From: Cirrosporium novae-zelandiae
Lineage: Eukaryota
DNA: 64,000 bases
Reading direction: 5' to 3'
Assembly (NCBI GenBank): GCA_026023565.1
Contig: JAPETS010000032.1
Coordinates: 1 to 64,000, forward strand
Position numbers and translations under genes: made by a program
The notes under the pieces: model-generated
Databases searched by the model: none
The model's input: only the letters and a program-made list of their open reading frames with translations
Told to the model about the DNA's origin: nothing
Shown here: positions 1 through 15,232 of the stretch, piece by piece
How positions within the stretch are numbered: position 1 is the first letter of the stretch
Layout: every line of letters starts with the position of its first letter

Positions 1-709
1 AAAAAAAAAAAATATTAAAAAAAAAAATCAGAAAATAAAAAAAAATAAAAAAATTAACGGAAAAATTAGAAATATTAGAAAATAAACGAGCGAAACACGA
101 ACGTACTACCGTCGGAATATATACGAGCTATATAAAAAACCGAAACCCGAAAAAACTATTCACAATAAAACTCCCGACGCCCGAGAATTATTATAAAAAA
201 AATTATAAAAAATTAAAAATATTTATTCGATAAAACGAAATCTATTTCGAAAAAAACCCCTATATATATTCTAAAAAAAAAAATAAAATCGCTACGGCTG
301 CGTATTTTCTACAGAACGTTATCGGAAACCTATAATATAAATAAACGACAGAAAAAAAAAACGAATTCAATTAAATAAAATTTAAAAAATTCTTAGAAAT
401 AGAAATCGACGACCTATAGAATAAAAATTTCAAAATAGCAAAAACATTTATACGTACCGAACAAATACCGGGCCAGACACCGCACGCATTTTACGCGTAC
501 GTATAAAATCTCCGGGCACAGCTACCCCTATTCACGAACACGAATTTCTAGGAAATGATTACGATATTCCTCTATCTACAATCACTACTAAAAAAAACCA
601 TAATAATAAACGGATCAATACCGGAAAAAAAAAAAATATAATAAAAATAACAGCAAAAATATAAAACGAATTAAAAAAAAAAAAAAAAAAAAAAACGAAC
701 AACCGTCGG

Positions 710-816
<107 letters not shown>

Positions 817-3800
817 GAACAACCGTCGGAATAAAAAAAAAAAAATAACGAAACAATAACGAAATAAAATAACGAAAAATAACAAAAGAAATAAACAGCG
901 ACGGTAACAGTTGTAAAAAAAACCCCCACGGAACCGAAAACCGGAAGAAGTGCGTCTACCTATTGGAACTGTGGAAAACTGGGATATTTGTCAAAATAAT
1001 ACTGAGCACTAAGAAAGAATACGGGAAAAAAAATAGGCGATCTAAAAAAACCCAACGGGCCTGTCAAATAATCTCGGAAAACAGAATTTTCATAATCGCC
1101 GAAACGCCTGCGGACAGAAGAATAGTAATTAAAATAAAAATACAAATATTATCAGGAAAAAAAAAAACGAAAACACTAATTAATTCAAGAACGGAAAAAA
1201 ATTGTATATCACAACGGCTCGTTAAATAATGGGAAATAAGGGAAAACGAAAAATTATTAACGGAATTAATAGGAGTAAATAGAAAAAAAACAACTATTTA
1301 CGGGGAATATATATTACGACTATATATAATAGATTCAATACGCACGATCCGACAATACGTCCAAAAAATAATCAGCACAAATATAAAAAACAAAGAAAAA
1401 CTAATAATATTAGAAATAAACTGGCTGAAAAAAATAGATCCAGAAATAAATTGAAAAAAAAAAAAAAATATATCGGAATACCGGCGAAAAATATATAGAA
1501 ATCAAAATTATATCGCCCAAAAAATTCGCAAAAAAAATAATAGAACAAAAACAGCTAATATTTCTAATATAAATAATTTTACAAATATAAACAAAAAAAT
1601 AACGATACTATATTAATACCGTAGCGGAAACGGAACAAAAGAACAAAATAATAATACTAAAAAAATACTAAAATTACAAAAATATATTTTCAGAAAAAAA
1701 AACTATACGATTACCGGATATAACCAGAATAACGCACGTTATCGATTTAAAACCCGGCTAAATATTACCGTATCTACCAATTTATCTATTAAACGAGAAA
1801 CAATTACGAATACTAAAAAAATATTTGGACGAAAATCTAGAAAAAAAACGGATCGAATATTCGAAAAATCTATATAGAACACCTATCCTATTTGTACTAA
1901 AATCGGACGGAACGTTGCGCCTATACGTAAATTATAAAGAATTTAACCGGATCATAATTAAAAATAGATATCCGTTATTATTAATCGGGAAAATATTAGA
2001 TAAATTAAAACGGACGAAAATTTTTATAAAATTTGATCTGAAAAATATTTATCACCGAATCCGAATAAAAAAAGGAAACGAGTAGAAAACTATTTTCCGC
2101 ACCCGATACGGATATTTCGAATATACGATAATATTATTCGGACTAACAAACGCTCCAGCCACGTTCCAAATATATATTAACGAAATATTATCCGATTTTT
2201 TAAATATAATTTATATAATATATTTTGACGATATTTTGATCTATTCATTTAATATCGCGGAATATACGGTACACGTACGAATAGTACTGGAACGATTATA
2301 CAAATACAAATTATATATAAAACTACCAAAATATATATTTAGTAAACCGGAAATAACGTTCCTAGATTTCGTGGTCGGAACGCAAAAAATCCGTATAAAA
2401 AAAGAAAAAATAAAAACAATCCTAGAATAGCCGAAACCAAAAAACTACCACGATATCTAAATTTTTATTGGATTCGTTAATTTCTATAGAAAATTTATAA
2501 AAAATTATTCAAAAATAATAAATCTTATCACAGATCTATTAAAAAAAATGAAAAACGGCAGAAAAATAAAAAAATTTATATAGCCCGAAACCGCGCAGAC
2601 GGCGTTTAAAATACTCAAAAAAATATTTACGATAGTACCTATATTATATTATTTCAATCTAACGAAAATAATAAAAATAAAAACGGATATATTATAAAAA
2701 AAAATTGCGGGAATCTTATCGTAATTAAACGACGAACGTACGAAACAGCCACGGAACGGAATATAATATTCAATTACGTTTTAATTAAAAAAACTAATAG
2801 AATTAAAAAAACTAATAGAATTAAAACAAAAATATATAATACACGATTTTGAATTACTCGCAATTATAAAAAGATTCAAAAAATAAAATTATTATTTATA
2901 AAAAAATAAATATATAATACAGGTATTAACGGATCACGGGAATTTACAATTATTTATAAAAATAACGGCGCTAAATAGGCGGCAAGCACGCTGAGCAGAG
3001 AAACTGGCGGAATACGATTTCGAAATAATATATAGAACGGGGAAAATCAATCCAGCAGATATATTATCAAAAAAACCAGATTATATAAAAAAGGACGGAA
3101 ATAAAAAAACGAAAAATAAATTATTACTTACGCTGCAGAACAAATTTAAATAATATAAAAAAAAAAAATTAAAATACCCGGTCAATTAACAATTACGGTG
3201 GCGGCGTTGAACCGTATAAAATACGGGCTGTTTACCGGAAGAACCCCTTTAACGTCAAAAAAGGCCTTAAAAACGACAGAAAAAAGTAATAAAATAAATA
3301 ATTTTTTAAAATATACTGCGGAAAACGTACAATACGTATATAATTATTTATTACCACGAAAAATATACAGAATAGTAGCAATAAAAAATAGACCAAAAAA
3401 AGAAACACTAGAGATATTGATAAATCTATTACGGAAAATACAAGAACTAGACCCCTGGTACAGGATATATATAAAAAAAAAAAAAAAGAGGAAAAATGAA
3501 AAAAAAAAAAAAGAAAAAAAAAAGAAAAAAGAAATAGAACGAAAACGATACGGGTCTATTACGGAAAAATAGAGCGGTATACGTGCCAAACGATACCGCA
3601 CTAAAAAAAAAATAATAAAAGTGAACTATAACTCCCCGTAGTCTAAAAAATATTTCGGGAACGAAAAAACGAGAAAAATAATAAATAAAAAATATTAGTA
3701 GATAAAAATAAACGAAAATATTAAAAAATACGTAAAACGATACGATATATATTAACGATCGAAAACGCGTTATTATCGGTTTTACGGAATCTTAATATTA

Positions 3801-4024
3801 TTATAATATCCCCAGAGCCCAAGAAAAATAATAACAATAGATTTTATTACCGATTTACCGCCAAACAGACGGGATAATAACGTATATAACGCAATTTTGG
3901 TAGTAATAGATAAATACTCCAAATTAGCTATATATATACTATATACGAAAAAAACGAAAACAGAGGACCTAACGGAATTGATATAAAAAACGATCGGAAC
4001 AAAATTTAAAATATCTAAAAATAT

Positions 4025-7000
4025 GAACGATTAATTAAAATCCGATATACATTGAAAACGTTTTTTGGTGACCCCGCGCCACCAAATCAATACACTATTG
4101 TAACGACCGTCATACGAAGCAGTTAACGTTTATCTAAGGCCTATAGAGCCTAGCAGCAGTGGGGAGGTGTCGGGGGCTGGGAGAGTGCGTGCCGTCAGCG
4201 AGAACCAGGCGGACACGAGGGGGCGACAACGCCTAAAAAACGAATCGAACGAACCGGAGCAAAGTTTTGCAATAAGGCCTAGCGATTCGGTATTACGATC
4301 CCCATTCCAGGGGGAAAACGATCAGGCGGGGAAACGTCGTCGAAAGATCTTACGAGGGGGAAAAAACCCCAAAAGAAAACAGATTAATAGCCGGGATATT
4401 TTAATCGAGCAAACGGCTAGATATACAATAATACGTATATTTCCCGCAATCGGGGAGAAAATATACCAGGCTCTAAAGGCCGACGATTTTACGGTACAAT
4501 TACGGAAGATATTTTTCGGTCTGAAAACCCGAATAATCGCTCTGGAAAAACGAGACAACAAAGCTATAAAGGCCCAGAAAAAAAACCAGGAAAAATTATA
4601 CGCGACTAAGTAAGAATTTCTAATAACTAAAAAAACAGCTACAACAATAATCCAGATATTACAGGCCCGGGTGGAAACCGCAGAAATTATATATAGCGGG
4701 GCGGAAAATTCTGCAAATAAGGGTCATATAATCCCGGTAATTAGGCCCGAACGGGTAATAAAGGAAAAGAGGGTAGTACCCCCCCTAATAATACCCCGAA
4801 CGGGTATAACAGCCGGATCGCAGGCACCTAATACGCGGACAATAATATAAACGGATAAAAAAACCTAAAAAAATTTTTAATAGACGGCAAAAATAGCCAG
4901 ACAAAAAATTCTACCGCTAGCACCGAAAATCCCGAAACAGATTTTTGTAAAAATAACGCCGGAATCTACGGGATTTATTTATACTAAAATAACCAATAGA
5001 ATGACAGACAAACCTAATAAAAAATAACAAATAATCAAACCCCGTAAAAAAGAACGCACTGGCTCCGCAGACGGGGACACAAAAACTGAAAATCAAAAAA
5101 TACTGATTTTTAATAGAAAAAAAACCGAATATTCGGGCTCTACGATATTAATAGTAACGGCGATCAACGCCAAATTAATTGATTTAAGCGTACCGTCTAA
5201 ATTACGGGTACGGGAAATTTATATCAATAAAAAAAACAATCTAAAAACCACGCTCGATAAAAAAACTAATACGGGCATATTAATATCTAAATATAAATAG
5301 AAAATTCTAAAGGCCGCAGCGAAAATAAATAACGCGATAATAAATATACGCCTATTAAAAACCCTATATTGGGCAAAAATACAGGGGGTGCCCTTAAAAA
5401 TATTTAAGGGTCCAGATAGACTAAATCTAATAAAAAAAAATTTAAAAAATATTTATCAATTATCCCGAGACACGGTAGTCGCATAGGTGACGCCGGAGAA
5501 ATACCGCCAGAAACGGGTACGAACCGGGTTTGTATTAGGGAGGTATACTACCTCAGTCAAAATAAAGTTTCCGTTTATAATATACGAAAAATAGAAAATC
5601 GAAAATTATTATCTAGCGGGACGCAGACTTCGATACACCCGATAGTTCACGCTAGGGATGAATAAAACGTGCCCAAAGTACGCTCAATTGGGGCATAAAT
5701 CATTCCTAAAATATAAAAATAGAGCCCCTAGGTGCACTATATACGCGGAAATACACGAAACGTAAAACCACCGGTGTCGGATAGCAGGATACAAATCCGC
5801 GTACACGGGGATTTGTATATATATTCTATTGAAATATGCAAACTGTCTAGGCCCCTATATAGTTACGGACGGAAAATACCCAGCTGCCCGAAAGACAGAG
5901 GCAGAATATACGAGAAAAAAACGCCGAAAAAACGTTATATAATCGTTCTACGTACTTGTCCTTCTAAAAGAAAAAATAAGCCTATAGAACCTTAATCAGG
6001 GACCAAAGGCCCCCGAACCAGAAATCTAGGAAAAAATAGGGGAAAAAACGCAAATAGTGTCCGAAATACCGATAATACCGAAAATACCGGTAGCACCCGT
6101 ACCGCAGATAAATAGCGATATATCCGAACTATAAATAAAAATATTATAATATAATTGTTACAGAAAATACGATATAACGATCGTAATTCTAGAATCGATT
6201 ATACAAACCGGAGCGGATATAGTATTATTACAAAAATCTGGCCAAAAACTAAAAAAGGGAATATCACACCCGGCGTGGGATTTTTATTGGCCCGAATTAG
6301 GGGCCCAAACGGGATATAAAACCGCAAGAACGGTTACTACTATACGCAGAAACCGAAAAAATATCGTTTTTAAAATAACCGCAAAAACCGATCTGGTTAA
6401 CCACCCCTATTTTGTAACGCTGGATATCAATATAATAAACGTAGGCGGGGGAGCAGAAAACCCGATCAGGATAATCAACGTTTACGATCAAAAATTAAAA
6501 GACGTATATTCCTAAAAATAAGGCCGATGGTAAAAATCTAGAAAAATTTTACAAAACGTGGAATAAAAGCCTATTTTTAATAGAAACAAAATAATATTAA
6601 TAGAGGATTTCAATATTTATAATCCAATATAAAAACCCGGACGAACTATCTACGTAAACGATACGCCCCTAATAACGTTTATAGAAAAATAAGGCTTAAT
6701 TATACAGAATAACGCCGCCCAGAATATCTGATTCGGAAAAAAATCGGTTCGTTATTTAATAATCGATTTAACAATAATTAATCCCGTAATAAAATCGTTT
6801 TAGAAATAATCTATAAACGCGGTAACCGACAAAATAAATAATAAATTAGGAACTGGTTTAAATCACGTTTTTATTTAATTCGAATAGGAGGGTCAAAACC
6901 CAAAAATAAATTAGTTAATCCCGAATTCGTAGAATTTAAAATCGTTGGAAAACCCCTAACAGCAAACTAAAACGAAATAAAAATAGAAATTCTAATTAAC

Positions 7001-10000
7001 TGCGAAAAATATATTAGCCGCAGATTATACGGAAACGTAATTAAAAAACGAAATATAAAAAATTATTATTTAGTTAAAAACTATTCTAAATAAATACGTA
7101 AAATCTAAACGGATATACGCCTGGTCGAAAATTTGGTAGAACCCCGAATATACCGCCAAAAAATACGAATATTGTATAGCGCTTAAAAAAGCGAGATAAA
7201 AATGCCGAATTTACGAAAAAACTAAAACGGTGCTTAAAAAATTTACAAAATTAATTAGAACCAAAAAAAAGGATAAATAAATTAATTTTTTTTAAATATA
7301 TATAGGGAGAAACGATCTAAACAAACCCTTAAATCCCGAAAATATTCAACGAGAATAAAAAATATTGCAATACTGTAAGCCCTAAAACCGAGACCCGACG
7401 CCGGCGCTCCGTATAGAAGACGGGAGGGTAGCGGTGAAAATCAAGAACAAAAAGATTTTTATACGGGAGCGAGCATTCCCGCCACCCCCAGAAAGCCCCG
7501 AACCCCGGCTTCCGATAGAGGAGGTATTCGCCCAACAACTGTCTAAAAAAGCGGTACGGAAAATATTATACGTACAAAATACGAATAAAACCCCAGGGTA
7601 CGACGAAACTTAATTTGGGGCGTTCCGTATACTATAGTAGTGGGACCCCGGTAGAATAATGGGGGTGGTCCGGTATTATTTCCGGTTAGAGTATCACCCG
7701 ACGCAGTAAAAATATACCCGGGAAATACTATTATTCAAATCTAGACGAGCCGATAAAATATTAATTAAAAATTATAGAGTGATAAATTTATTATATTATT
7801 TAAATAAAATAATCGAAAAAATTATAGCGGACGCGCTAACGGATATATACGAAAACCTAAATAAATTATATAAAAATTAATTTGGATCGAAACGTAACCG
7901 GAGCGCAGTCGATACGCTTGCGTATCTGATATACCGAATAGAAAAAAAATTTAACCGAAAATAAATAATTTATATTTTATTTATAAACGTTAGAAAAGCG
8001 TTTAATTATATATTAAAATTCAAATTAATTCAATACTTAAAACAATTAAAAATCGATAGAAATATTATTAGATAAATAACTAATTTTACGGTCCAACGAA
8101 ACGTCGAATTAGTGATCGACGGAGAAATACAACCCCGAATCAATATAGAAACGGGGGTACCGCAGAGATTATTTGTATCCCTAATATTATTTCTAATATA
8201 TTACAGCGGGTTATTCGCAGCCGTAGAATAGGCGGTTTTTGGGATTAAAACTCTATTATTCGTGGACGACGTAAATTTCTCGATCATTTATATAGATAAT
8301 AAACAAGCCCGAAAAATTATCTAACAAACAGCGAAAACGGCGATTCAATAAAAAAAAAAAAATAAACTAGAATTCGACGTTCAAAAAACCGAGATTATAG
8401 TTTTTTCTAAACTACGTAAACACCAAATTTAGATAAATATTAAATTAAAAATTAGGGTTGATAATCACCCGATCGAATATAAAACGGATTACGTACGGTA
8501 GTTAAGCGTATAACTAAATCCGAAATTCAATTTCTAAATTTATTACGCCCAGCGTTTAGCTAAAACCAGACACGCGGAAAAAATAATTAGATATATTTAC
8601 CACCGAAACGGGCTATTTACGGGATTTGCGCGCCAGGTAGCCGTAGCAACTATAATATCAATCTATATATACGGGTGTGAGGTCTGGTGGAAAAGACAGA
8701 TCGGGTATTAAATAGAATTTCAAAAACTGCTGAATAAACTCGCAAAACTAATAATAAAAATCTATAAAATAACCCCGATAGCAGCGATTATATAGAAAAC
8801 CTATATATATCCCACAGACGTAATACTAAATACCGCGCAGAAAAAATATAGATTTCGGTATTTCCAAAAAACCGAAAAAAATCCAACGAACCTAATACTG
8901 CCGATAACGCTCAGAATAAAAAATGTAAACGCCTAATTAGAGAAATAACCGCTGCAAAATTTTTAATAAATCTAGAAAACTAAAAAAAACACGTTAGATT
9001 AATATTTGGTTATAACGATAATTTAAAAAATAATAAACCCGGGCTTTAGGATCGAAAAAATCTAAATAACCGAAAAAAATAATAATATTTCCAGAATAAT
9101 AGATCTTCAGCGAAACGCTAGCGTAGAACTGGAAAAACGTATATTAATCGGACGGATCTAAACTAAAAAACCGCAAAATAGAGGCGGGGGTAGCCTGGAA
9201 AATAATCGAAAAAACCCCGTGGATAATACGGAAATACTATTTAGGTCAAAATAAAGAAATATTCGATATAGAGTTTTGGGGGGCGCAGACGGTCCTAGAA
9301 ATAGCGGTTAAAGTATATCCAAATAATTACAAAACCCCCGGAAAAAAAATAATAATATTATTTAATTCGCAAGCGGCTATCAGGCGGATCGAAAAAAAAA
9401 AATTAAAAAAAAATCAAACGATCGTATAAAAAATATACGAATATACTAAATATTTAATCGATCAAAAAACGAAAATCGTTATTAAATAAATCCCAGAATA
9501 TTATAAAATATTAAAAAACGAAACAGCAGACCAAACGGCCAAAACAAATATAACGTTAAAAAATAATAAAATAGCCGAATAAATTTCGCTGATTTATATA
9601 GCCCGTAATATAACGGAAAAACAGATTATAAAAACGTACAATCAATTACGCAGCTGAAAAATAAAAAAATCGCCCGATAAATCTTATCGAATATATCTAA
9701 AATATAAAAAAAATCGGGTATTAGAATACGCGCCTAAAAAGTTAATGGATAGACTCTATTAAATAAAAACGGGACACGCCGCCACCGAAAAATATATATA
9801 CCGCACGAAAATTATTACTATCCCGGAATATTGATAATACGGGATTCTATATTAAAATATCCTCTATTTAATATTAATATACCCGCGCTGGAAAACGGTT
9901 AAAGCCCGTTTACGGAAAATAATAAAAAAATAAAAAAATTAATAGTCCAGTATAACCGATAAAAAAAAATTAGTATTCGTATTAAAGAACCGAAAATTTT

Positions 10001-10480
10001 TTAAAGATTGGGTGCGCTTTTTAGACGATACGGAAGTGGGGAAACCCCAATACTGGACTAGACACGAAACGGAAAATCGTAAAACGTACCTAGATTGAGA
10101 ATAGATAGAACCCGGACACGGAAAAAAAAACGATCCAAAAACAGATATTGAATAAAAATTAGACCCGTAATAGAAACGCGGGATAAACGTATACGTAAAC
10201 AAAAACTGAAAAAAATCGAAAATAAATACGAGTGGGCCTATTTATAGATTACGAACACCGAAATAACGCTAAAAAACTATCCGGTTAAATAAATCAGATA
10301 ATTCTAGGAAACCCAAAGAAGGGGGGAAGCTATATAGCCGAATCAGGGGGATAACCCCCACTACTATAGTTAAAAGCAAGCCCGAAAAGGGATACAAAAG
10401 GGTCTAAAAGCCCCCGAGTAGAGTCCGTCATAGCTTCTAAGCGATATATGGACATAAAACAATGAATAATCATTATCATC
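4025..10480 (+). mobile_element. Full-length Tad1-like LINE with RNase H, RIP-degenerate
   Basis: ORF1 relic has three CCHC-type knuckles (~5670-5860). ORF2 relic has an APE endonuclease start (~6135), RT (FVDD, ~8259-8270), RNase H (TDGSKL, ~9150) and a C-terminal Cys motif. It ends in an (AAT/CAT)n tail. TSD atctaaaaatat (4013-4024) / atttaaaaatat (10481-10492); removing the insert rejoins the integrase frame. Confidence 0.92.
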
Positions 10481-10935
10481 ATTTAAAAATATAATATCGG
10501 ATAAAGAATCATTATTTATTAATATTTATTGGGAATTATTCTGTTATTATCTAACGATACAAAAAAGATTGAATACCGTCTACTATTTACAAACGGATGG
10601 CCAAACCGAAAAACAGAATCAAACACTAAAAAGATATCTGAGAATATACTATAATTACAGTTAAAACGACTGAACAATACTATTAGCGAGCGCAGAATAT
10701 ACGTATAATAATACGAAATATCAGAAAACGAAAAAAACGCTATTCGAAATAATATATACGTTCAAACCAGAATTAAGAATAAACGTAGAAAAAATAAAGA
10801 AAAACGAAAACCCTGCTAAAAAAACACGCGCAGAAAATATAGAAAAAACACGGAAAAAAATATAGAAAATATAAGAAAAATCGGTTTTAAAATAAAAAAT
10901 TTACTACGATCGCTATTATATATCGAAATAATATA

Positions 10936-12876
10936 TGATGATTATTCATTGTTTTATATCCATATATCACTTAGAAGCTATGACGGACTCTATTCGGGGG
11001 TTTTTAGGCTCTTTTGTATCCCCTTTCGGGCTTATTTTTAATTATAGTGGTGGGGATTATCCCTCTGGTTCGGCTATATAGTTTCCCCCTTTTTTTAGAT
11101 TTCCTAGAATTATCTGATTTATTTAACCGGATAATTTTTTAGCGTTATTTCGGTGTTCGTAATTTATAAATAAATTTATTCGTACCTATTTTCGATTTTT
11201 TCAATTTTTGCTCACGTATACGCTTATCCCGCGTTTCTACTACGGGCCCAGTTTTTATCTAATACCTGCCTCTGGATCGTTTTTCCTCCCGTGTCCGGGT
11301 TCTATCCATCCCCAATCTAGATACGCCTCACGATTTTCCGTTTCGTATCTGGCCCAGTACTAGGGCTTCCCTACCTCCGTATCGCCTAAAAAACGTATTC
11401 AATTTTTAGAAAATTTTCGGTTCTCTAATACGAATATTAGTTTTTTTTTTCGGTTATACTGGGCCACTGACCCCCCTATTTTTCTATTACTCCCCGCAAC
11501 CGGGCTTTAACCGTTTTTCAGCGCGGATATATTAATATTAAATAGGGAACGTTTTGATACGGAGCCCCGTACCACCAGTATTCCGGGATAGTAGTGGTTT
11601 TCGTGCGGTATATATATTTCCCGGTGGCGGCGTGCCCCGTTTTTATTTGATAGAATCTATCTACCAGCCTTTTAGGCGTATATTCTAGCACCCGATTTTT
11701 TTTATATCTCGGGTGTATTCGATAAAATTTATCGGGCGATTTTTTTGTTCCCCAGCTGCGTAATTAGTTATACGTTTTTATAATCCGTTTTTCCGTTATA
11801 TTACGGGCTATATAGGCCAGCGAAATTTATTCGGCCGTTCTATTATTTTTTAACGCCGCGCCTGTTTTGGCCGTCTGATCTACTATTTCGTTCTTTGGTA
11901 TTTTATAGTGTTCTGGGATCTATTTAATAATAATTTTCGCCTTTTGATCGATCAAATATTTGGTATACTCGTATATTTTTTGTACGATCGTTTGGCCCCT
12001 TTTTAATCTTTTTTTTTCGATCCGTCTGATAGCCGCTTGCGAATCAAGTAATATTATTATTTTTTTTCCGGGGGTTTTATAATTATTTAGGTACGCCCTA
12101 GCCGCTGTTTGTAGGGCCGTTTGCGCCCCCCAAAATTCTATATCGAATATTTTTTTATTTTGATCTAAATAGTATTTCCGTATCGTTTATAGGGTTTTTT
12201 CGGCTGTTTTCCAGATTATTCCCGTCTCTACCTTACGATTTTCTAATTTAGATCCGTCCGACCAGTATATATCTTTCCAGTTCTGCGCTAACGCCTCGCT
12301 GAAGGTCTGTTATTCTAAAAATATTATTATTTTTTTTAAAAATCTATTTTCTTCGGTTATTTGGATTTTTTCGATCCCAAAGCTCGGGTCTATTATTTTT
12401 TGGATTATCGTTATAACCAAATATTGGTCTAACGTGTTCTTTTTGGTTTTCTGGGTTTATTGAAGGTTTTCCAGCGGTTGTTCCTCTGGTTAGGCGCCTG
12501 CGTCCCTTATTCTGAACGTTATCGGCAGTATTAGGTTCGTTGGGTTTTTTTCGGTTTTTTAGAAATACCGAAACCTATATTTTTTCTGCGCGGTATCTAG
12601 TATCACGCCTGCGGGATATATACAGACCTCCTGTATAACCGCTGTTATTGGGGTTGTTTTATAGGCCCCCGTTATTAGCCTGGCAAGCCTATTCAGCAGC
12701 TTTTGAAATTCTGCCTGATAGCCGGCTTGCCCCCTCCACCAAACCTCACACCCGTACATGTAGGTTGACACTACAGTCGCCACGGCTACCTGGCGCGCAA
12801 GCCCCGTAGGTAGCCCGTTTCGGTAGCATATATGCCTAACTGCGCCTTCCGCACGTCGGGCTTTAGCCAACCGTTG
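10936..12876 (-). mobile_element. 5'-truncated copy of the same Tad1-like LINE family, inverted
   Basis: Reverse complement aligns to ~8545-10480 including the 3' tail. Perfect 14-bp TSD atcgaaataatata at 10922-10935 and 12877-12890. ORF 12559-12870 reads as the post-RT region (YGCEVWW, RLITGAYKTTP). Confidence 0.93.
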
Positions 12877-14404
12877 ATCGAAATAATATAAAATAGAGGA
12901 TCAGGTACTACTAACAGCAAAAAATATAAAAACGAAACGGATAAATAAGAAATTGGACGCAAAATATCTAGGACCGTTTATCGTGAAAACTATATACGGA
13001 CAGAACGCGTACCGGCTACGGCTACCCCAGCAATACCAAAGATTATATCCGATATTCCACGTATTATTGTTAGAACCTTACAAAAAAAATCCGGATTACG
13101 AACCCCCGGAACCAGTACTATTAATAGGAACACCGGAATATATAATAGAAAAAATATTGGAATATAGGAAGAAAAAAAAAAAAACGAATATTTAATAAAA
13201 TAAAAAAACTGGTCACACGCGGAAAACCAATAGGAAAATATCGAAAATCTGGCGAATTACTAGAAAAATATAGAAATATTTTAAAAAAAAAAAAAAAAAA
13301 ATAATAAAAAATAAAAGGAAAAAAAACAGAAACGGGAATACCGCCGGAAAAAAAATAAAACGAAATAAAAAAAGATCAAAAAAACAATAAAAATAAAAAA
13401 TAAAAAAAAAATTTTATTAACGGTCTTAAAAATCACGGAATATTTACCGAAAAAAAAAACGCGTTCTGAGCGTACGCAATCCGTAATAGAGAACGCTCGA
13501 ACACCAACAGCTATATAAAAATTTAAATACCGACCGTATTCCCAACAGCGCCAGAATCTTTATTATTTCTAGAAACCGAATTAACACCAATATTAATACC
13601 CACAGAAACGTCGTTAAAAAAAGGATTGTAAAAAAAATAATTTACGTCGTCGTTATTATTTTTTTTTTTATTATTATCGATATTTACGTTATACTATCCA
13701 AAATTAATCGGGAAAAAAACGTACGAAAATAAAAAAAATACGTACAGCAGCCGTAAGCACCTAATCCAATTATCGAATAGATTGATTAATTTCAAACAAC
13801 AATTGATTAATACGGGCGGAAAAATCAAGTGGCGCAGTACGTTCCAACCGACGGGTAGCTACAACCCGACGGTAGAAACGACGGGCCGAGACCAAAAACT
13901 CTCTACGAAAAACGGCACTAGTATTGTTGGGACGGACGGAAACGATAATATCGGTCTACGCAAATAAACGGTTCAGACGAAACACCAGAACAAAAAAAAT
14001 CTAGAAAAATAATAAATAAAAAAAAAAAAAGGGAAAAAAAAATAAAGGAAAAAATAATATCTCGAAATATTTTTTATATTATTTATAACAGACGCCACAG
14101 AAGCGGCCAGACACCTAAAAATATACGAAAAAAAAATTTGCCGCAAAACGCCAAAAACATTTCAGATATATAAACCTGAAAAAAAGAGCGCCACGAACAG
14201 CAGCAGCAGGATTAGGGACGGAAATAAAAAAACGCGAAAAAAATATAATAGTGATAATAATAATAGTAATAATAATAATAATTAATAAATAAAAAAATAA
14301 ATAAAAAAAAAATAAATCTGAAATATAATTAGCAGGGACGTCGAAAAAACAGAAACGGGAAAAACAAAAAAAAAAAACGGGATACAAAAAAAAATAAAAA
14401 AAAA

Positions 14405-14471
<67 letters not shown>

Positions 14472-14880
14472 GCGATTATTTATATTCAGAAAAAAAAACG
14501 CTAATCCGAATAAAAAATAAAAACAGCAGTCCCGGAAAAACGGGATAATCAATAAAAATAAAAACAGCAGTACCAACGCAGTAAATAAATAATAAAAATA
14601 ATAAAAAAACGAAATAAAGCGATAATAAAGAAAATCTCTATTAAAAAAAAAAAAAAATAAAAATAAAAAAATAATAATTTCGCCGGATAAAAAACGATAA
14701 CGAACAAAAAACGGAATTTACGGATACTATAATATTATCAGATTTAGAGAAAGGAAAAACTATATCCAACGGAACGAAAAACCAGCGCTAAAAAATTAAA
14801 AATAGCGGTTGAAAACAACCGTACAAAAAAAAAAAAACTATATCATAAAAAAAAAAAAATAGAATACTAAAAAAAAATTC

Positions 14881-15232
14881 TGTCACAAAAAAAAAAAAAA
14901 ATAGAGTACTAAAAAAGATCGCTACGTCCAGGGACCAAAAACGGGATAAAAACGGAGAAATAGCGTTACGTAGCGCCGATAGATTACCGAAAAAAAAAAG
15001 ACGTCAAATAGAAAAACTTATATAAAAAAATAGAAAAAAAACTGGGAAAAACCAGTTTTCAGTCTTGTATTATATAGGAGTACTATTATTTCAATATTAC
15101 TACGATATGGACACACTACCTATTCGTATCGCTACCTACACTATCAGAGCCCCAACCTTGACAGATTCTCCAATTTTAATAAATAAAAAATCATTTATTC
15201 GTTGAAGCGTTCGGCGAATATATACTACGATA
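14881..15232 (+). repeat. Probable 3' LTR of the Gypsy element
   Basis: Starts TGTCAC after a purine (A) run that could be a RIPed PPT, contains AATAAA, and ends ..TACGATA (RIPed ..ACA) where the hAT transposase frame begins. The 5' LTR is not in the window for confirmation. Confidence 0.5.

Noticed and set aside
2783..2826. 18-bp tandem duplication in Gypsy RNase H
   Set aside because: Ordinary slippage in a dead element.
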